From Octopus bimaculoides (taxonomy: Eukaryota): DNA of 35,113 nt. The notes under the pieces were generated by a model. The model searched no databases, had not been told where the DNA came from, and saw only the letters and a list, made by a program, of their open reading frames with translations. This document shows, piece by piece, positions 1-11,862 of this stretch. A program made the position numbers and the translations under genes. How positions within the stretch are numbered: position 1 is the first letter of the stretch; every line of letters begins with the position of its first letter. Where the stretch lies: NCBI RefSeq assembly GCF_001194135.2, contig NC_069007.1, positions 10,804,330 to 10,839,442 of the forward strand, written 5' to 3'.

Positions 1-40
<40 letters not shown>

Positions 41-41
<1 letters not shown>

Positions 42-254
42 TTTTATTCTTTTGCTCGTTTCAGTCATTTGACTGTAGCCATGCTGGAGCACCACCTTAA
101 CAGGTCTTTTTAGTCAAAGAAATTGTCCCCAGGACTTATTCTTTGTAAGCCTAGTACTTATTCTATCAGTCTCTTTTGCCAAACTGCTAAGTTATGTGTA
201 CGTAAACACACCAGCATCGGTTATCAGGCCATGGCAGGAGACAAACATAGACAC
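41..254 (-). mobile_element. tRNA-derived SINE family A (CORE-like, octopus OR-type), 3' half
   Basis: TTTCAGTCATTTGACTG..CCATGCTGGAGCACC...CTAAGTTA...GTAAACACACC block recurs >10 times in the window. Confidence 0.8.
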
Positions 255-519
255 TCCTTCTGTTGTTATTGTGCAGTCCAAAGTTAGTTCTGATTGATCT
301 AATTAATGATAAAAGGGTTGAAACAGCGAACATTGTATTTTTTTTTTTGTTTATGATGGACTATTTTGTTGATGTGTTCCTCTCTTTTTAAGACAGTAAG
401 GTATTTGATTTGAGAGAAATTTAGCTACTGTTGCTAGCAATTGGAATGACCGCTCAGAGGGGGTGATAACTGGTTACCATGGAGATGGTCCCTTAACTAT
501 TGTTGTTTATCTTCAGGTT

Positions 520-607
520 AACCCTTGGAGCCTGGTGCAGCCTCCTGGCTTTCCAGACCCCGGTCGAACCGTCTAACCCATGCTAGCAGGAAAAACGGAC
601 GTTAAAC

Positions 608-693
<86 letters not shown>

Positions 694-796
694 TGATGAT
701 GATAATGATGATGATGATGATGATGATGACGACGATGATGAGGACGACGACGACGACGACGATGATGATGATAATGATGATAATGACGATGATGAT
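520..796 (+). mobile_element. RTE LINE 3' end with expanded (GAT)n/(GAC)n tail
   Basis: CCGTCTAACCCATGCTAGCAGGAAAAACGGACGTTAAACGATGATG matches the terminus of the longer RTE copies (13050, 14986); the tail runs 607-796. Confidence 0.75.
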
Positions 797-1310
797 TACT
801 CTGTGAAATGTAAAGCTTAGTTATATACGTTGTTTTGAATTAATCATGCATTGTCTCATAGCTTTGTTTCAGTCATTTGACTGTGGCTATGCTGGAGCAT
901 CGCTAAGTGATGGGGACGTAAACACACCAGCGTCGGTTGTCAAGCGATGTTGGGGGGGGGATAAACACAGACACATAAACATATACACACACATACATAC
1001 ATATATATATATATATTTATATATATATATATACATATACATATATACGATAGGCTTCTTTCAGTTTCCGTCTACCAAATCCACTCACAAAGGCTTTGGT
1101 CGGCCCGAGGCTATAGTAGAAGACACTTGCCCAAGGTGCCACACAGTGGGACTGAACCCGGAACTATGTGGTTGGTAAGCAAGCTACTTACTACACAGCC
1201 ACTAGGATGATGTTGTAGGGTAGGTGTGAGAGGCTGGATCTAGCAGTTTTGAGTATAAAACAGGTAGAATATTTAGGCTAGATATGACCAGTTTAAATAC
1301 TAAAGGGTAA
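793..1310. mobile_element. TTAA-ended MITE (piggyBac-like) split by a SINE A insertion
   Basis: 793-866 and 1204-1310 align with the two halves of the intact copy at 9244-9449; right end AATACTAAAGGGTAA. Confidence 0.6.
866..1203 (-). mobile_element. SINE family A with internal deletion and central (TA/CA)n
   Basis: tRNA-like head (reverse complement of GTGGGACTGAACCCGG = B-box-like), CCTTGGGCAAGTG core-like motif, central microsatellite, 3' block. Confidence 0.85.
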
Positions 1311-2879
1311 AATCCGATTGATCAGACCTATGATAAAAAAATGCTCTATTCATGACTGTCGTATCCATTTGTGTATCCAAGACTACAAACCATATTGTCC
1401 ACTTTTCTTACTTTTTTAAAGACTAGTAGTGTGTAGGTTGACTAATAACTCAAATTTAAACAGGGAAATTGTTTTGTGCTTAACGAGAAGAGCAGTAACT
1501 AGTGTTGAAATATTTCTAAATTTATGGATATGCATCTAATTTTTGTGGCTTTACGTTTGGACTATTCAAAAAAAAAAAAAGAAAAAAAAGCATAAGTGAA
1601 TTTATGAGTTATAGAACTTAGTTAAATTAAATGAAATTGTGACATTCTAAAATTGTGAGGTAATACAAAATTATGCAAACTTGGTAAAATTTTTGAAGTG
1701 GGAGGAATGTTATTAAATTAGTGAAGTGAACTGACGATGACATGGAATTAAAACAGATTAGGAGATAAAAATCAGAAAAATGTTAATCATTGTAGAAGAG
1801 CAAAAAGGGATTTGCAGTTATGTTAACAATATTATGAAGTGAGGATTGCTAATCATGTTATGCTATGTGACAAGAGAGAACGAGGTTAAAGAAATATATG
1901 AGTATGTAAGTTAAATTAAAAATATTTCAGTGTATTCTAAATAACTGAAGTCAAGATAATCCTTCATTTAGAAGAAGATTAAAGAAGCATACCCAAAAAT
2001 GTGATCTGAGAAATGAGAAAGGAACAAAAACTGTTTTGAAGATCTAATAAGAACACACATAACTGATATGGCTACTCAAACGTGCATATATAAATGTATC
2101 ATATACACACACAATTATACATACATGCATATATATATATCCACACATGTACACATAAACATCAACATATACTTGTATACCCACTAATATTCATGCATAT
2201 CTACAACACCACACATTCACACATACATATACATACATATATGCAGATATATATTTATACAAGCACAGGTATACTCGATCTTATGATTTATGTCAATTTG
2301 GATGGTGGCATTTATGTAAAAGTCAGGTCATGCACTAACAAATTTATTTTTCTTGTAATTAACTGTACTTTTACATATTTAAAAAATTTCGTGATGTATT
2401 GTCACTTTGTATCTGGTCAGATTCTCCACTTGAAATAATGTAATCCAAATACTTGTTTCACTGCTGGACCACCAGCAACTAAATCATGAAAACTATTCAA
2501 GAACTCTCATCCTGGTCTGTGGAGGGTGAATGGACATCTTGAAAGGACAAAAGAGAATGCCTATTTACGAGGGTAGAGAGCTGTCTAAACAGTTCTGAAA
2601 CCTCTTAAACCACAACTCTGAGTGTCACGGTTTGAGTTGTTAAAAGTGATTTCTGATGAGTAACAGAAACAGTATTCAGGCAAAGCTATTCAAAATCAGA
2701 TCAAATATATGATTGGTTATTATGATTGGTTATTAGTACATTGAAATTGCATATAAAATCTTTTGGAAAACATTTCAATCTATTCATTACCAAGTGCAGA
2801 AACTCATGATATTCTCATGTGAGAAAATATTTTCTTCTTTTGAGGTTTTATTGGTGAACACCTAAATATTTTTTAAACA

Positions 2880-4395
2880 TGGGACAACCTTTCAGCATAG
2901 GATATTGAAAAATCAATTAATTAATAAAAAATATTTGCTTCCTTGTTGCTGTGAGAAATTTCCCATTAAACAGTGATGGAAGTGTCTACAAGAATTCACC
3001 AGTTGTGATCTTTTGTTCAAAATGTCACAATAAAATATTGTACTTCTTTGAATGTCATTGATTGTTTCTTCTAGAATTGATAAAGGGAGTTAGCTGATCT
3101 TACAATTGTTATTATCTTTTAGACATCAGATATATTTAAATAGTGAAGTATCAAGCATCTGAGTGTTTGAATGTATATATAAACTGCAAAAAATTATATT
3201 TGTTTTGGAAGATTTTCAGAGAGCCTATATAGCTTTCCTGTTCCACTGTCATTTGCAAGAGAAACTTCAGAAAGACAAATTGTTTAAAGTGCAGATATTG
3301 GGGTTGTTACAATTACAAAAAGACGAGGAATTTTGTGTGTTCATATTGGAAAGGATAAATATATACTGGCTCCAAAAGCAATGAAGATTCTTGTGCAACT
3401 GTTACTTTTACTAAACATCAGATTATATCAATTGTCTATGGAGAAATGCCTATGTATAAAATATCAAAAGCTCCAAGTAATATAAGAAAAAAATCTCTTA
3501 AACTATAGGGATGATTGTATTACAGAATCTTTCATTTCATATTTTTGATATTTATGTATTTTGTGTTATCCCTTATGTAAAGAATTCTGTCTTTGAAGCC
3601 TCCATCATTAAATGGATCGTTGCAATAATGAATAGCATCATCAAAAGATTCTTTGTTTGAGGCTATGTGTTCACTGATGTTACCGAGTTTGTGTAGAATG
3701 GTTGAAATTTATATAAGTGAACTATAATTTCTCATTAAGCTTATTAAAAAGACAGTATTTACTAATTGACAGTTCTTTCCAAGAAATTAATAATACTCAG
3801 ATTCATATCAACTGTGATCTTTTAATCTAATTCTTTTGAAGATATTGATAAACTCCTTCCTAATAAGAATCCATTGTATGGCCATTCATACTTTGCAAAC
3901 TGAATAGTCAATCCTCACTGTAAAGATTGTCCTCAATAGATCAGAACCTCTTCTGAAGTAAATCTAAATTTATAATCTTATTAATTCAAAAACCTTGACC
4001 ATCATAAGATCTCATAGCTACGTCAAACAATACCAGATCAATATGTTTACCTCTTCTACTCATACATTCATACCAAGAATTATTGTAAAATAGAATAGGT
4101 TTCTTAGAGTACATAATGATATTAATGTCAGAATCACTAACTAGAATAAAACATCTTATTTGGTTATTGCCAGAAAGAACTTTCCTCCTTCAAAATGCAT
4201 ACATTCATAAGAATGCTTATTACCTGATATTATTGAATCACTGCTGATAAATAGACTATTATTCCATAACAAAAGGAGAATGACATGATTAATGTTAACC
4301 GGATAAAATCTAAAACTTTTTGCAATGGTTTCACCTATTTTACCTTCAAATGGTTCAGTAATACAGATGAGGATAATAATAATAATAAACATCAT
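2880..4395 (-). pseudogene. Possible decayed gene for an extracellular protein (C-type-lectin-like + EGF-like remnants)
   Basis: Hand-stitched minus frames give KESFDDAIHYC (3622-3654), DN*YNLMFSKSNSCTRI and FCNCNNPNICTLNNLSF*SFSCK*QW (3243-3320). Many stops and frameshifts; the block lacks the usual SINEs. Confidence 0.25.
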
Positions 4396-5427
4396 TGTAA
4401 ATTCATGTAGTTTGAGCATGTAGAGTTTTGGCCATCTGCTGTAGCAGCAATAGTAGTAATAGCTATACAGTTGTGTTAGATGGGACACAGTCCATGCATG
4501 AAGGGTGAAATTTTCTTCACGAAACAATGGAATAATTCCAACAGAAACATATATAGTTATTTTACTGGAAATGTAGTAATAACAACCATCATATGTATCC
4601 TTTGCATTATTTCCACCAAATTGTTGTTCCTTGTGTGTTTATATAACAATGAAACTACAGAGCAGGCAGTGAAGGTATGTATGCAGTCAGCTCTTAGACT
4701 ACCCGGCAACTCTACTGATTCATGTATATTATAGAGATTTTCTCTTTCCTCTTTGCTGTCAGCAGGAGGCCCTTGCTTTGAGGAGCATGAGTCGTGATTT
4801 CCGATTTCTCTTTCTCTGGTGCAGTGCTTTATACCCATCAGCAATTCTTTCATCTCTTATTTCTTCTCTTTTTACTCAGCAGGAAAATTCCTATCATATA
4901 ATGATGTATGGTCTATCTTAACATTTCCAGCAAATATCTACATTTACTCCAATTAATCTATTCTTTACTCTTCTTTCACCATTTTCTTCTTTTCTCCGCC
5001 TCTTTCTTCTTGTCTTTCAACTTCTATTATTCTAATTTCCTTCATTTTCTCTTGTTTCATTCCCTCTGTTGTAATGATTTTCTATTATTCCTTCCTTTCT
5101 CCTTTTTAGTTATTTCTTCTTTCTTTCCCTTTTTAATTAGCCATTCATTCGTTTTATTTCACATCGTTTCCTTTCCACAAGTGTTTTCCTTCCTTTTCAT
5201 TTCCCTGGTAATTTCGAACATTTCTCTCACTTTCAACATATACAAGCCTTTTCAAGAGTCACCTTTATAATCCTAAAACCATTTTTCTTTCTTTTAGTGA
5301 AAATGTGAAATGATAACAGTACACAAACATACACACACATTATGTGTGTGTATGTAAAGAGTATTCAAATTGGTGTACGGATATTGTATATCGAGGAAAA
5401 GGAGGCAGTCAGAATTTTGGATAATTC

Positions 5428-5471
5428 TTTATTAGCGCTTTCATTCATTTAAACGAACTCTTCAAGACAAA
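5428..5471 (-). ncRNA. Minimal hammerhead-like motif (left arm)
   Basis: TTTGT-CTTGAAGA-GTTCGT-TTAA-ATGAAT-GAAA-GCGC-TA-ATAAA; AGCGCT palindrome as stem III; one extra U in the core. Confidence 0.55.
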
Positions 5472-5508
5472 AGTTAAGACCAAAATGATCTTAATTTTGA
5501 TCTCAATA

Positions 5509-5552
5509 TTTGTCTTGAAGAGTTCGTTTAAACAAATGAAAGTGCTAATAAA
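5509..5552 (+). ncRNA. Minimal hammerhead-like motif (right arm, more decayed)
   Basis: TTTGT-CTTGAAGA-GTTCGT-TTAA-ACAAAT-GAAA-GTGC-TA-ATAAA. Confidence 0.5.
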
Positions 5553-5632
5553 GAATTATCCAAAATTCTGAATGTCTCGTTTTTCTTCATATATATATAT
5601 ATATATATACATGCATACATACATACATACAT

Positions 5633-5680
<48 letters not shown>

Positions 5681-5764
5681 CTATACATATATGTATATAT
5701 ATAAGCAATGTTAATTCTCTAAATGGAGTATTAACAGTAACTGCACGATAAAGTGAAGTGTATT

Positions 5765-5863
5765 GCCACTTAAGTGTGGCTGACCCCTAGGGGTGGATGT
5801 TACTGTTGCTTTAGCCCCAGGAGGACATCTCCTCCAGCTGGCTTATCGACACACTACTGTGTC
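5765..5863. other. GC-rich cluster of four short hairpins, probably part of an unidentified repeat
   Basis: GCCAC/GTGGC, ACCCCTAGGGGT, GGAGGA/TCCTCC and GACACA/TGTGTC within 100 bp. Confidence 0.5.
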
Positions 5864-5934
5864 CTGTTTGTTTTGCCAAGGGAAGTTATCCCTCTTATCG
5901 TGATCGTAGCACGAACGGACCCGGGTTTCAGGGT

Positions 5935-5966
<32 letters not shown>

Positions 5967-6026
5967 CATACATATATATANNNNNNNNNNNNNNNNNNNN
6001 NNNNNNNNNNNNNNNATATACATATA

Positions 6027-6203
6027 GGCGTAGGAGTGGTTGTGTGGTAAGTAGCTTGCTTAGGAACCACATAGTTCTGGGTTCAGTCCTACTGTGTGGC
6101 ACCTTGAGCAAGTGTCTTCTACTATAGCCTCGGTCCGACCAAAGCCTTGTGAGTGGATTTGGTAGACAGAAACTGAAAGAAGCCCATCGTATATATATAT
6201 ATC

Positions 6204-6238
<35 letters not shown>

Positions 6239-6330
6239 TTGTGTGTCTGTGTTTGTCCCCCCGACGTCGCTTGACAACCGATGCTGCTGTGTTTACGTCC
6301 CCGTAACTTTGCGGTTTGGCAAAAGAGACT
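6027..6330 (+). mobile_element. SINE family A, 3'-truncated
   Basis: A-box-like TGGTTGTGTGG, B-box-like GGTTCAGTCC, CCTTGAGCAAGTG core, central (TA)(TG)n. Confidence 0.85.
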
Positions 6331-7954
6331 TAAGGAACCACAACAACTATCATTCATGACAAACTTTTATTCCACTGTTACAGATATTTAGCCTATCTCT
6401 ATCTATCTCTCTTTCTGATGACAGGATATTCAGCACATGGAGTCTTTGCTCTGCTCAATGTTCCATAGCTGGGATATCTCAGAAACAGCTGTCACAGACT
6501 ATCTCTCCCTTTCATTATATAACTTAATTAAATTAAATGTCCTTGTTAAGTCTTGCCAATTTGTTTATGTCCTCTTTTTACTTTAACCTATGCCTATTGA
6601 CTCAAAGGGAAGCCACTTCTAGCCACTTTGCAATTGTAGTCACAAAACAACAAATTTAACTGCTATTCACACCCGAATTTTAGTGGCGTACCTATTCAAG
6701 CACTCAGAGCTAACACTAAGTAAAGCTTGTAGTAATTTATAAAAATATATTAGACTTCATTTCTCTTTTCAATTTTGTTTTTTCTCCATTATTTCAATAT
6801 TATATCCTACTCAAATAAAGCTAAAAAGGAGACAAGCAAACTTAAAAGCAAGAAAAATAATGATTAAAAGGAGGATTCAAATTAATATGTTTTTGCTAAA
6901 TTATAAAAACAAACACTATTAAATAGAATTAATTTTTGAAAAAAATCGATATTGATAAATATATTTTATATATTATCAACAGATAAAAAAATATGTATGT
7001 AGAAATTCATCAATTATAATAACATTTCCTTGTTAGAAAAACAACAAAACTTTATTAACAAAAAGAAAAATATTTTATTAAACTTTACCATAATCAACAT
7101 CACTTTGATCAGTGCCATTTGATTAAAGTTATGGTCTCCAATGCTGTCTTCTTTTCTTCGTTACCTCGATCAGAACATAATTTATCATTTATTAGTTTAT
7201 TTCCTTATAAACTTTGTAATACTTCTTCGTTTATATTAAAATTATTTTCTTTTTATTGTAGGACAAAGATAAGAGGAAATTAAAACAACTGTACAGGAAA
7301 CAAAAATGCAAAATAAACAAACATCTTAGTTGATATCATACTTGGTAGATTAGAGTAAAAAAAATTTCATTATGAAATAATTTAATCATTCAAAACAATT
7401 AATACTGATTTGCTGTTCAATGTTAGCTATGTGAACACTGGATAATAATATTTACTTCAAGTCATCAATTTAGGGTTAAAATAGAATAGATTTAGGTCTG
7501 AATTAATGAAATTATATTTTATATTTAAAGTATACACTTTACTTTGTTTCATTTACACTAAAAAGCTATTTTTATATGAAACTCGTGTGAGACATATCTG
7601 CTGGGTCAGTGCTGTCCCAGACTTAGTGTCTCTTTGAATAAATATTTAAAAAGCTAAGCATTCCTTTGAAATATCACATAAACTAAGACAATATCTCCTT
7701 GTCCAAATATGGGGCAATAGCTTCCCAATACTTCCATAGTTGCTGCCAGTAAAAAGAAGATACCAAAGTTGTATGAGCTTTAAAAGTTGAAATTGATACA
7801 ATGGCCTTTGGAGGTAAAAATTTCCCCACATATTTTGTTTTAGCTTATACTCATGGGATGTATGGAATAAATTATGCTTCAAAATAGTGATATGAGAGAA
7901 CCACCAGTAAAAGGTTGGAATCACTGCTCCAAACCATACATAGAATTTAGCTTC

Positions 7955-8114
7955 TACATCGACCACAGTGCATAACTGGTACTCATTTAAACGACTCCGA
8001 AAGGATGAAAGGCAAAGTTGACTTTGGTGGAATTTGAACTCAGAATGTAGCGGCAGATGAAATACCATTAAGCATTTCACCTGGCATGCTAACAATTCTG
8101 CTAGCTCTTTACCT
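7955..8114 (-). mobile_element. tRNA-derived SINE family B
   Basis: Minus strand GAGCTAGCAGAATTGTTAGCA...GAGTTCAAATTCC...GCCTTTCATCCTTTCGGAGTCG; a decayed relative lies at ~9795-9910. Confidence 0.75.
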
Positions 8115-8149
8115 TAATGATAATAATAATAGTAATAATATTAATGATA

Positions 8150-8182
<33 letters not shown>

Positions 8183-9243
8183 ATGATGAAGTAGTAGTAG
8201 TAGTAGTAGTAGTAGGTACAGAAAAATTAGATCTCTAAAGAAACTGGATACCATAATTGCAACAAAAATGAAACACCATTTTTCCAAAACCTGAAGTGAA
8301 AAAGATTTAAGAAAAATCCTTTTCGTTTCCAAAATGAGAATATTAATTTATTTTATTGAGTTTGTTTTATACTCTTTAAATTTATAATTGCATTTTTCAA
8401 TAAACATTTTGAATTCAAAGAATCTATGATTTTCTTCCTTTCAAATCAAGAGGTCAACATTGGTGTAAATAAATATATTTTGGGGTTACTGGTTGAAAAA
8501 GTTTCCTGACCCCTGATCTAAGATATTGACAGAAGTCCTCAGAAAGAGCCAGCTTCATCCGAAGTAAAGTGTATTACTGGAATCTGGGATATGAAAAACA
8601 ACACCCATCTGCATTCAGAGCTGAGTGAAATAAAATTGAATACAGTTGTGTATTTAGTTTTGTGCTTTGCAATGTAATTTTCCAGTTTCTTGTTCCTTCA
8701 TTTTTTGTTTTAAGAAAAGTTTGACACTATTAATCTCTAAATATGATGGGTATTTATAACTCATATCAGATATAAATAAAACTTTATTTCTAAATTATAC
8801 ATAATAGTATATATAATTCCCAAATGTTTTAAATGAACATAAACCATCTAGTTTCCTGATCCCAAGTTGTGTTGCATTGATAAGCTCCAATGAGAGTGAA
8901 ATAATGTTATCTGCAGCTACTAGGACATCCAAAATTAGAAAGAAAAATTAATTATATGCAAATATTCTTTCATGTGTTCTCTCACTCATAAGAAGAAAAA
9001 GACATCACATAATAATAAAACAAAAAAAAAGTAATCCTACGTGGTTCTCTCCCCTTGAGCGAAATTTCTCCCTCACTTCTATTTATTAGTAAATTCTCTT
9101 TCTCTCTGCCTCTTACTCTGAAAGCAGCCACAAATGGCAGCACCAACAGTCGCCAGTCAAACTCCACACATAATAATTTAATCTCATAAATCACTGACAG
9201 AGCTCTCACTGGTTTAATGCCTCAATATACTGCAACACTTCAT

Positions 9244-9449
9244 TTAACTCTTTAGCATTCACATTATTCTATCAAAAGTAATCCTTTTTTATTCACATTG
9301 TTTTTGCAATAATCATGTACTGTTTTGTAGCTGAGATTTTGATGAGGCACTTCTAGGGTTGATGTGAGAAGCCAGATCTGACCAGTTTGAATATAAAATA
9401 GGTAGAATACTTTAGCCAGATATGGCCGGTTTAAGTGCTAAAGGGTTAG
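9244..9449. mobile_element. TTAA-ended MITE (piggyBac-like)
   Basis: Ends TTAACTCTTTAGCATT ... AGTGCTAAAGGGTTAG are inverted repeats with TTAA-like flanks; a second copy lies at 793-1310. Confidence 0.65.
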
Positions 9450-9495
9450 AATTAAGGTTCTTAGAACCCAATCTGGAATTATGTACACATAATAG

Positions 9496-9716
9496 TACCC
9501 CTGATAACAGACAATCTGAGATCAAACTGATACCTCTGATGAGAGACAGTTTGAAATCAAACTAGTCAATACCCTTGATGATAGAAAATCTGAGATCAAA
9601 TGGATACCCCTGATGACAGACAGTCTGAGATCAAACTGATACCTCTGATGAGAGACAGACTGGAATCAAACTGATCAATACTCTTGATGACAGACAATCT
9701 GAGATCAAACTGATCA
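9496..9716. repeat. Minisatellite of 35/39-bp units with 109-bp higher-order period
   Basis: ACAGACAATCTGAGATCAAACTGATACCTCTGATG-type units; A units start at 9507 and 9616. Confidence 0.85.
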
Positions 9717-10188
9717 AATTGTAAAGTAGATGTAAATATTGATTTCTCATATCAGCATTAGGTTGCAACATTCAGAGCAAGTGGGTGGGTGGGTTTACAG
9801 TAAGTTAAATCAACCCTAGTACATATATAGAACCGTATTTCATTAACCAAGGAAGGACGAAAGGTAAAGTTAACATCAGAAGTATTTCAAACAAAGAACA
9901 TAAAAGGTTGTGAGGTAGACATAACTATTAAGAAATATATTTTTCAATTCAAAATAGTAAACAAAATGATAATCTTCTGCTTATTTCCTTTTATGTCTGT
10001 ATTTATTTTCTCTTTTATATTTGTTTAAATGTCCATTTCAAATGATGGAGAAATATTTTAGTAGATAAAAAAATTACTCATCTCACAGATTTCAATCTAC
10101 AATTATTAATCTAATTTGTGGAAATCGCAAACACACTAACACACCATATGTATATAATCGCACATCCATGAACACACAGACACACACA

Positions 10189-10226
<38 letters not shown>

Positions 10227-10411
10227 GTGCATATATAAATACATATATATAGAAGAAATAATTCTAAACCTACAAAACACAAAAATATGATGCAACAACA
10301 AAACAATATGCTTTGGTCAACAAAGCAAAAGATCAAATATCTAAGCTCTAAATTAATATGTTGTTTCCTATATTTTTATACAGGTATGTAAACAGTACAC
10401 GCACATTTATT

Positions 10412-10710
10412 TGTGAGGGCGGGCTGAAAAGTTCATAGGCTGTCTACGAAGGAGTGATGCTAGAGCTGTGAAATCTTGCATGCATTAATTTCAGCTCTTT
10501 TTATCAATAACTGTATTGTTCCTTTCCAGGTAAACTGAGATCTGACTGTTCAAAGAAGACTTCTAAAGTAACTGGTAGCGACTTCTTTTGGAAATGGACA
10601 AAATTTGGCATCATGGTGTTGGGGACTATGTTGGAAAATAAACATCATTTGATCATTTTCTATGATCAAATATCTTCATCGGCCTATAAACGTTTTAGCT
10701 GACCCCTGTA
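10412..10710 (+). mobile_element. Mariner-derived MITE (internal deletion derivative)
   Basis: TIRs TGTGAGGGCGGGCTGAAAAGTTCATAGGCT / GGCCTATAAACGTTTTAGCTGACCCCTGTA; retains a start remnant ATGGACAAAATTTGG (MDKIW). Confidence 0.75.
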
Positions 10711-10774
10711 TCTGTCTTTTTTCCTTTCTTTCTTCCTTCCTTCCTTTTTTTCGTTCTTTCATTCTTTTTTTTCT

Positions 10775-11110
10775 TTCACTTGTGTCATTCATTGGACTGT
10801 GACCATGTTGGGGAACTGCTTTGAAAGATTTAGCTGAACAAATTGACTCCAGGACATATTTTCAAGTCAGTTACTCTTTTGGCAAATTCTTCAGACTCTT
10901 TTGCCAAACTGCTAAGTTACAGGGACAGCAACAAACCAGCACCAGTTAACACAGGTGGATATAGCCACAAACACAAACATATACATATATACACACACAC
11001 ATATATACAATGGCTTTCTACACAGTTTCCTTCTACTGAGGCTATAATAGAGGACAGGATCTGAAGCCAGGGGTTGCACATTTAAGAACCACATGGCTTT
11101 GTTATTCTCA
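10775..11110 (-). mobile_element. SINE family A, diverged
   Basis: 3' block, CTGCTAAGTTACAGGGAC, central microsatellite, degenerate head. Confidence 0.65.
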
Positions 11111-11702
11111 CATAGATGCACACTTTCTTTTATCACTCTTCTTGTTTCCATCATTGAACTGGACTGTAGCCATACTGGAGAACCACCTTGGAGGATTTAG
11201 TCAATCGTATTGACTCTAGCATATATTTTAAGTCTGATAATTCTCCTATGAGTCTCATATCCTGGACTCCTAAATTGTGAGGAAATAAACACTGCAAAAT
11301 ATGTGGTGCACATAGTGTAGCCAGTGAAAGTATTGTCATTGAAACAGGATGAGAAGACTGAATACTTGGGCATCAATGATGACCTCACTGTTGGTGACTC
11401 AGTCAGACCACTCAATTACCACGATCTATATCTACCTATGCCTGCGGAAAGCATTGGGACACTACTTTTGTCTGGAGCCAATGTTTCAGATACAAATTCT
11501 CCTGACTGCAACCTTGATGGGCACCATTGGCTTACAGTTCTTCCAGACTCTTGTTGTAAGTTTAATTTGTGTTGTGGCTGCTCTTCCAGTAGTTTTGATG
11601 AACTCAGTTTCTAGAGAGAGGTTGTCTGTGATTGTATGATGGGAGAACCAAGATATTTAAACACATGGATTATCTCTAGCTTGCATTGGTTGATAGAATC
11701 TA

Positions 11703-11862
11703 GGACATTTACCCCTATGGACAATAACCCCTGAGGAAAACAGATGATGATTTAAAACTTCTTAATATATTGGAGAGGGGGTAAATAACCAAGCAGGGTA
11801 ATTGTCCCTGGGAGTAGTTGTTGTCGGGGGGAATTGTCCTATGAGGGTGGGGGTAATTGTTC
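11703..11862. mobile_element. Small foldback/MITE-like element with iterated GGACAATTACCCC motif
   Basis: Motif copies at 11703 and 11719; inverted copies at 11795, 11827 and 11850. Confidence 0.5.

Larger units (their letters stand above)
5388..5593. mobile_element. Foldback element made of two inverted PLE-terminus-like arms
   Basis: Core arms 5410-5486 and 5494-5570 (77 bp, ~70 matches), 7-nt loop, weaker outer arms, next to (TA)n. Confidence 0.8.

Noticed and set aside
609-806. Poly-Met/Thr ORF and the other poly-YI/HT/CV ORFs in the track
   Set aside because: Translations of microsatellites or N-gaps.
1790-1915. RRAKRD..YEVRIA..KEIYEYVS, CR1-like ORF2 echo
   Set aside because: Too short and degenerate to support.
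2653-2680. CTGATGA...GAAAC hammerhead-like spacing
   Set aside because: No stem II pairing, and stem I does not pair.
4908-5270. 120-aa Phe/Leu/Ser-rich ORF
   Set aside because: Pyrimidine-rich low-complexity tract.
6027-6100. tRNA gene
   Set aside because: A/B-box-like head of a SINE that continues into the SINE body, with no cloverleaf or terminator.
9110-9160. YY1-like AAATGGCAGC and a minus-strand GTAAGA donor
   Set aside because: Short motifs expected by chance, with no supporting promoter or exon context.
9536-9560. CTGATGA..GAAA in the minisatellite (satellite-type hammerhead?)
   Set aside because: Only weak G-U stem II, no stems I or III, and the second copy lacks GAAA.
9496-9716. 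CRISPR-like array
   Set aside because: Units are contiguous with no unique spacers, there are no cas genes, and the context is eukaryotic.
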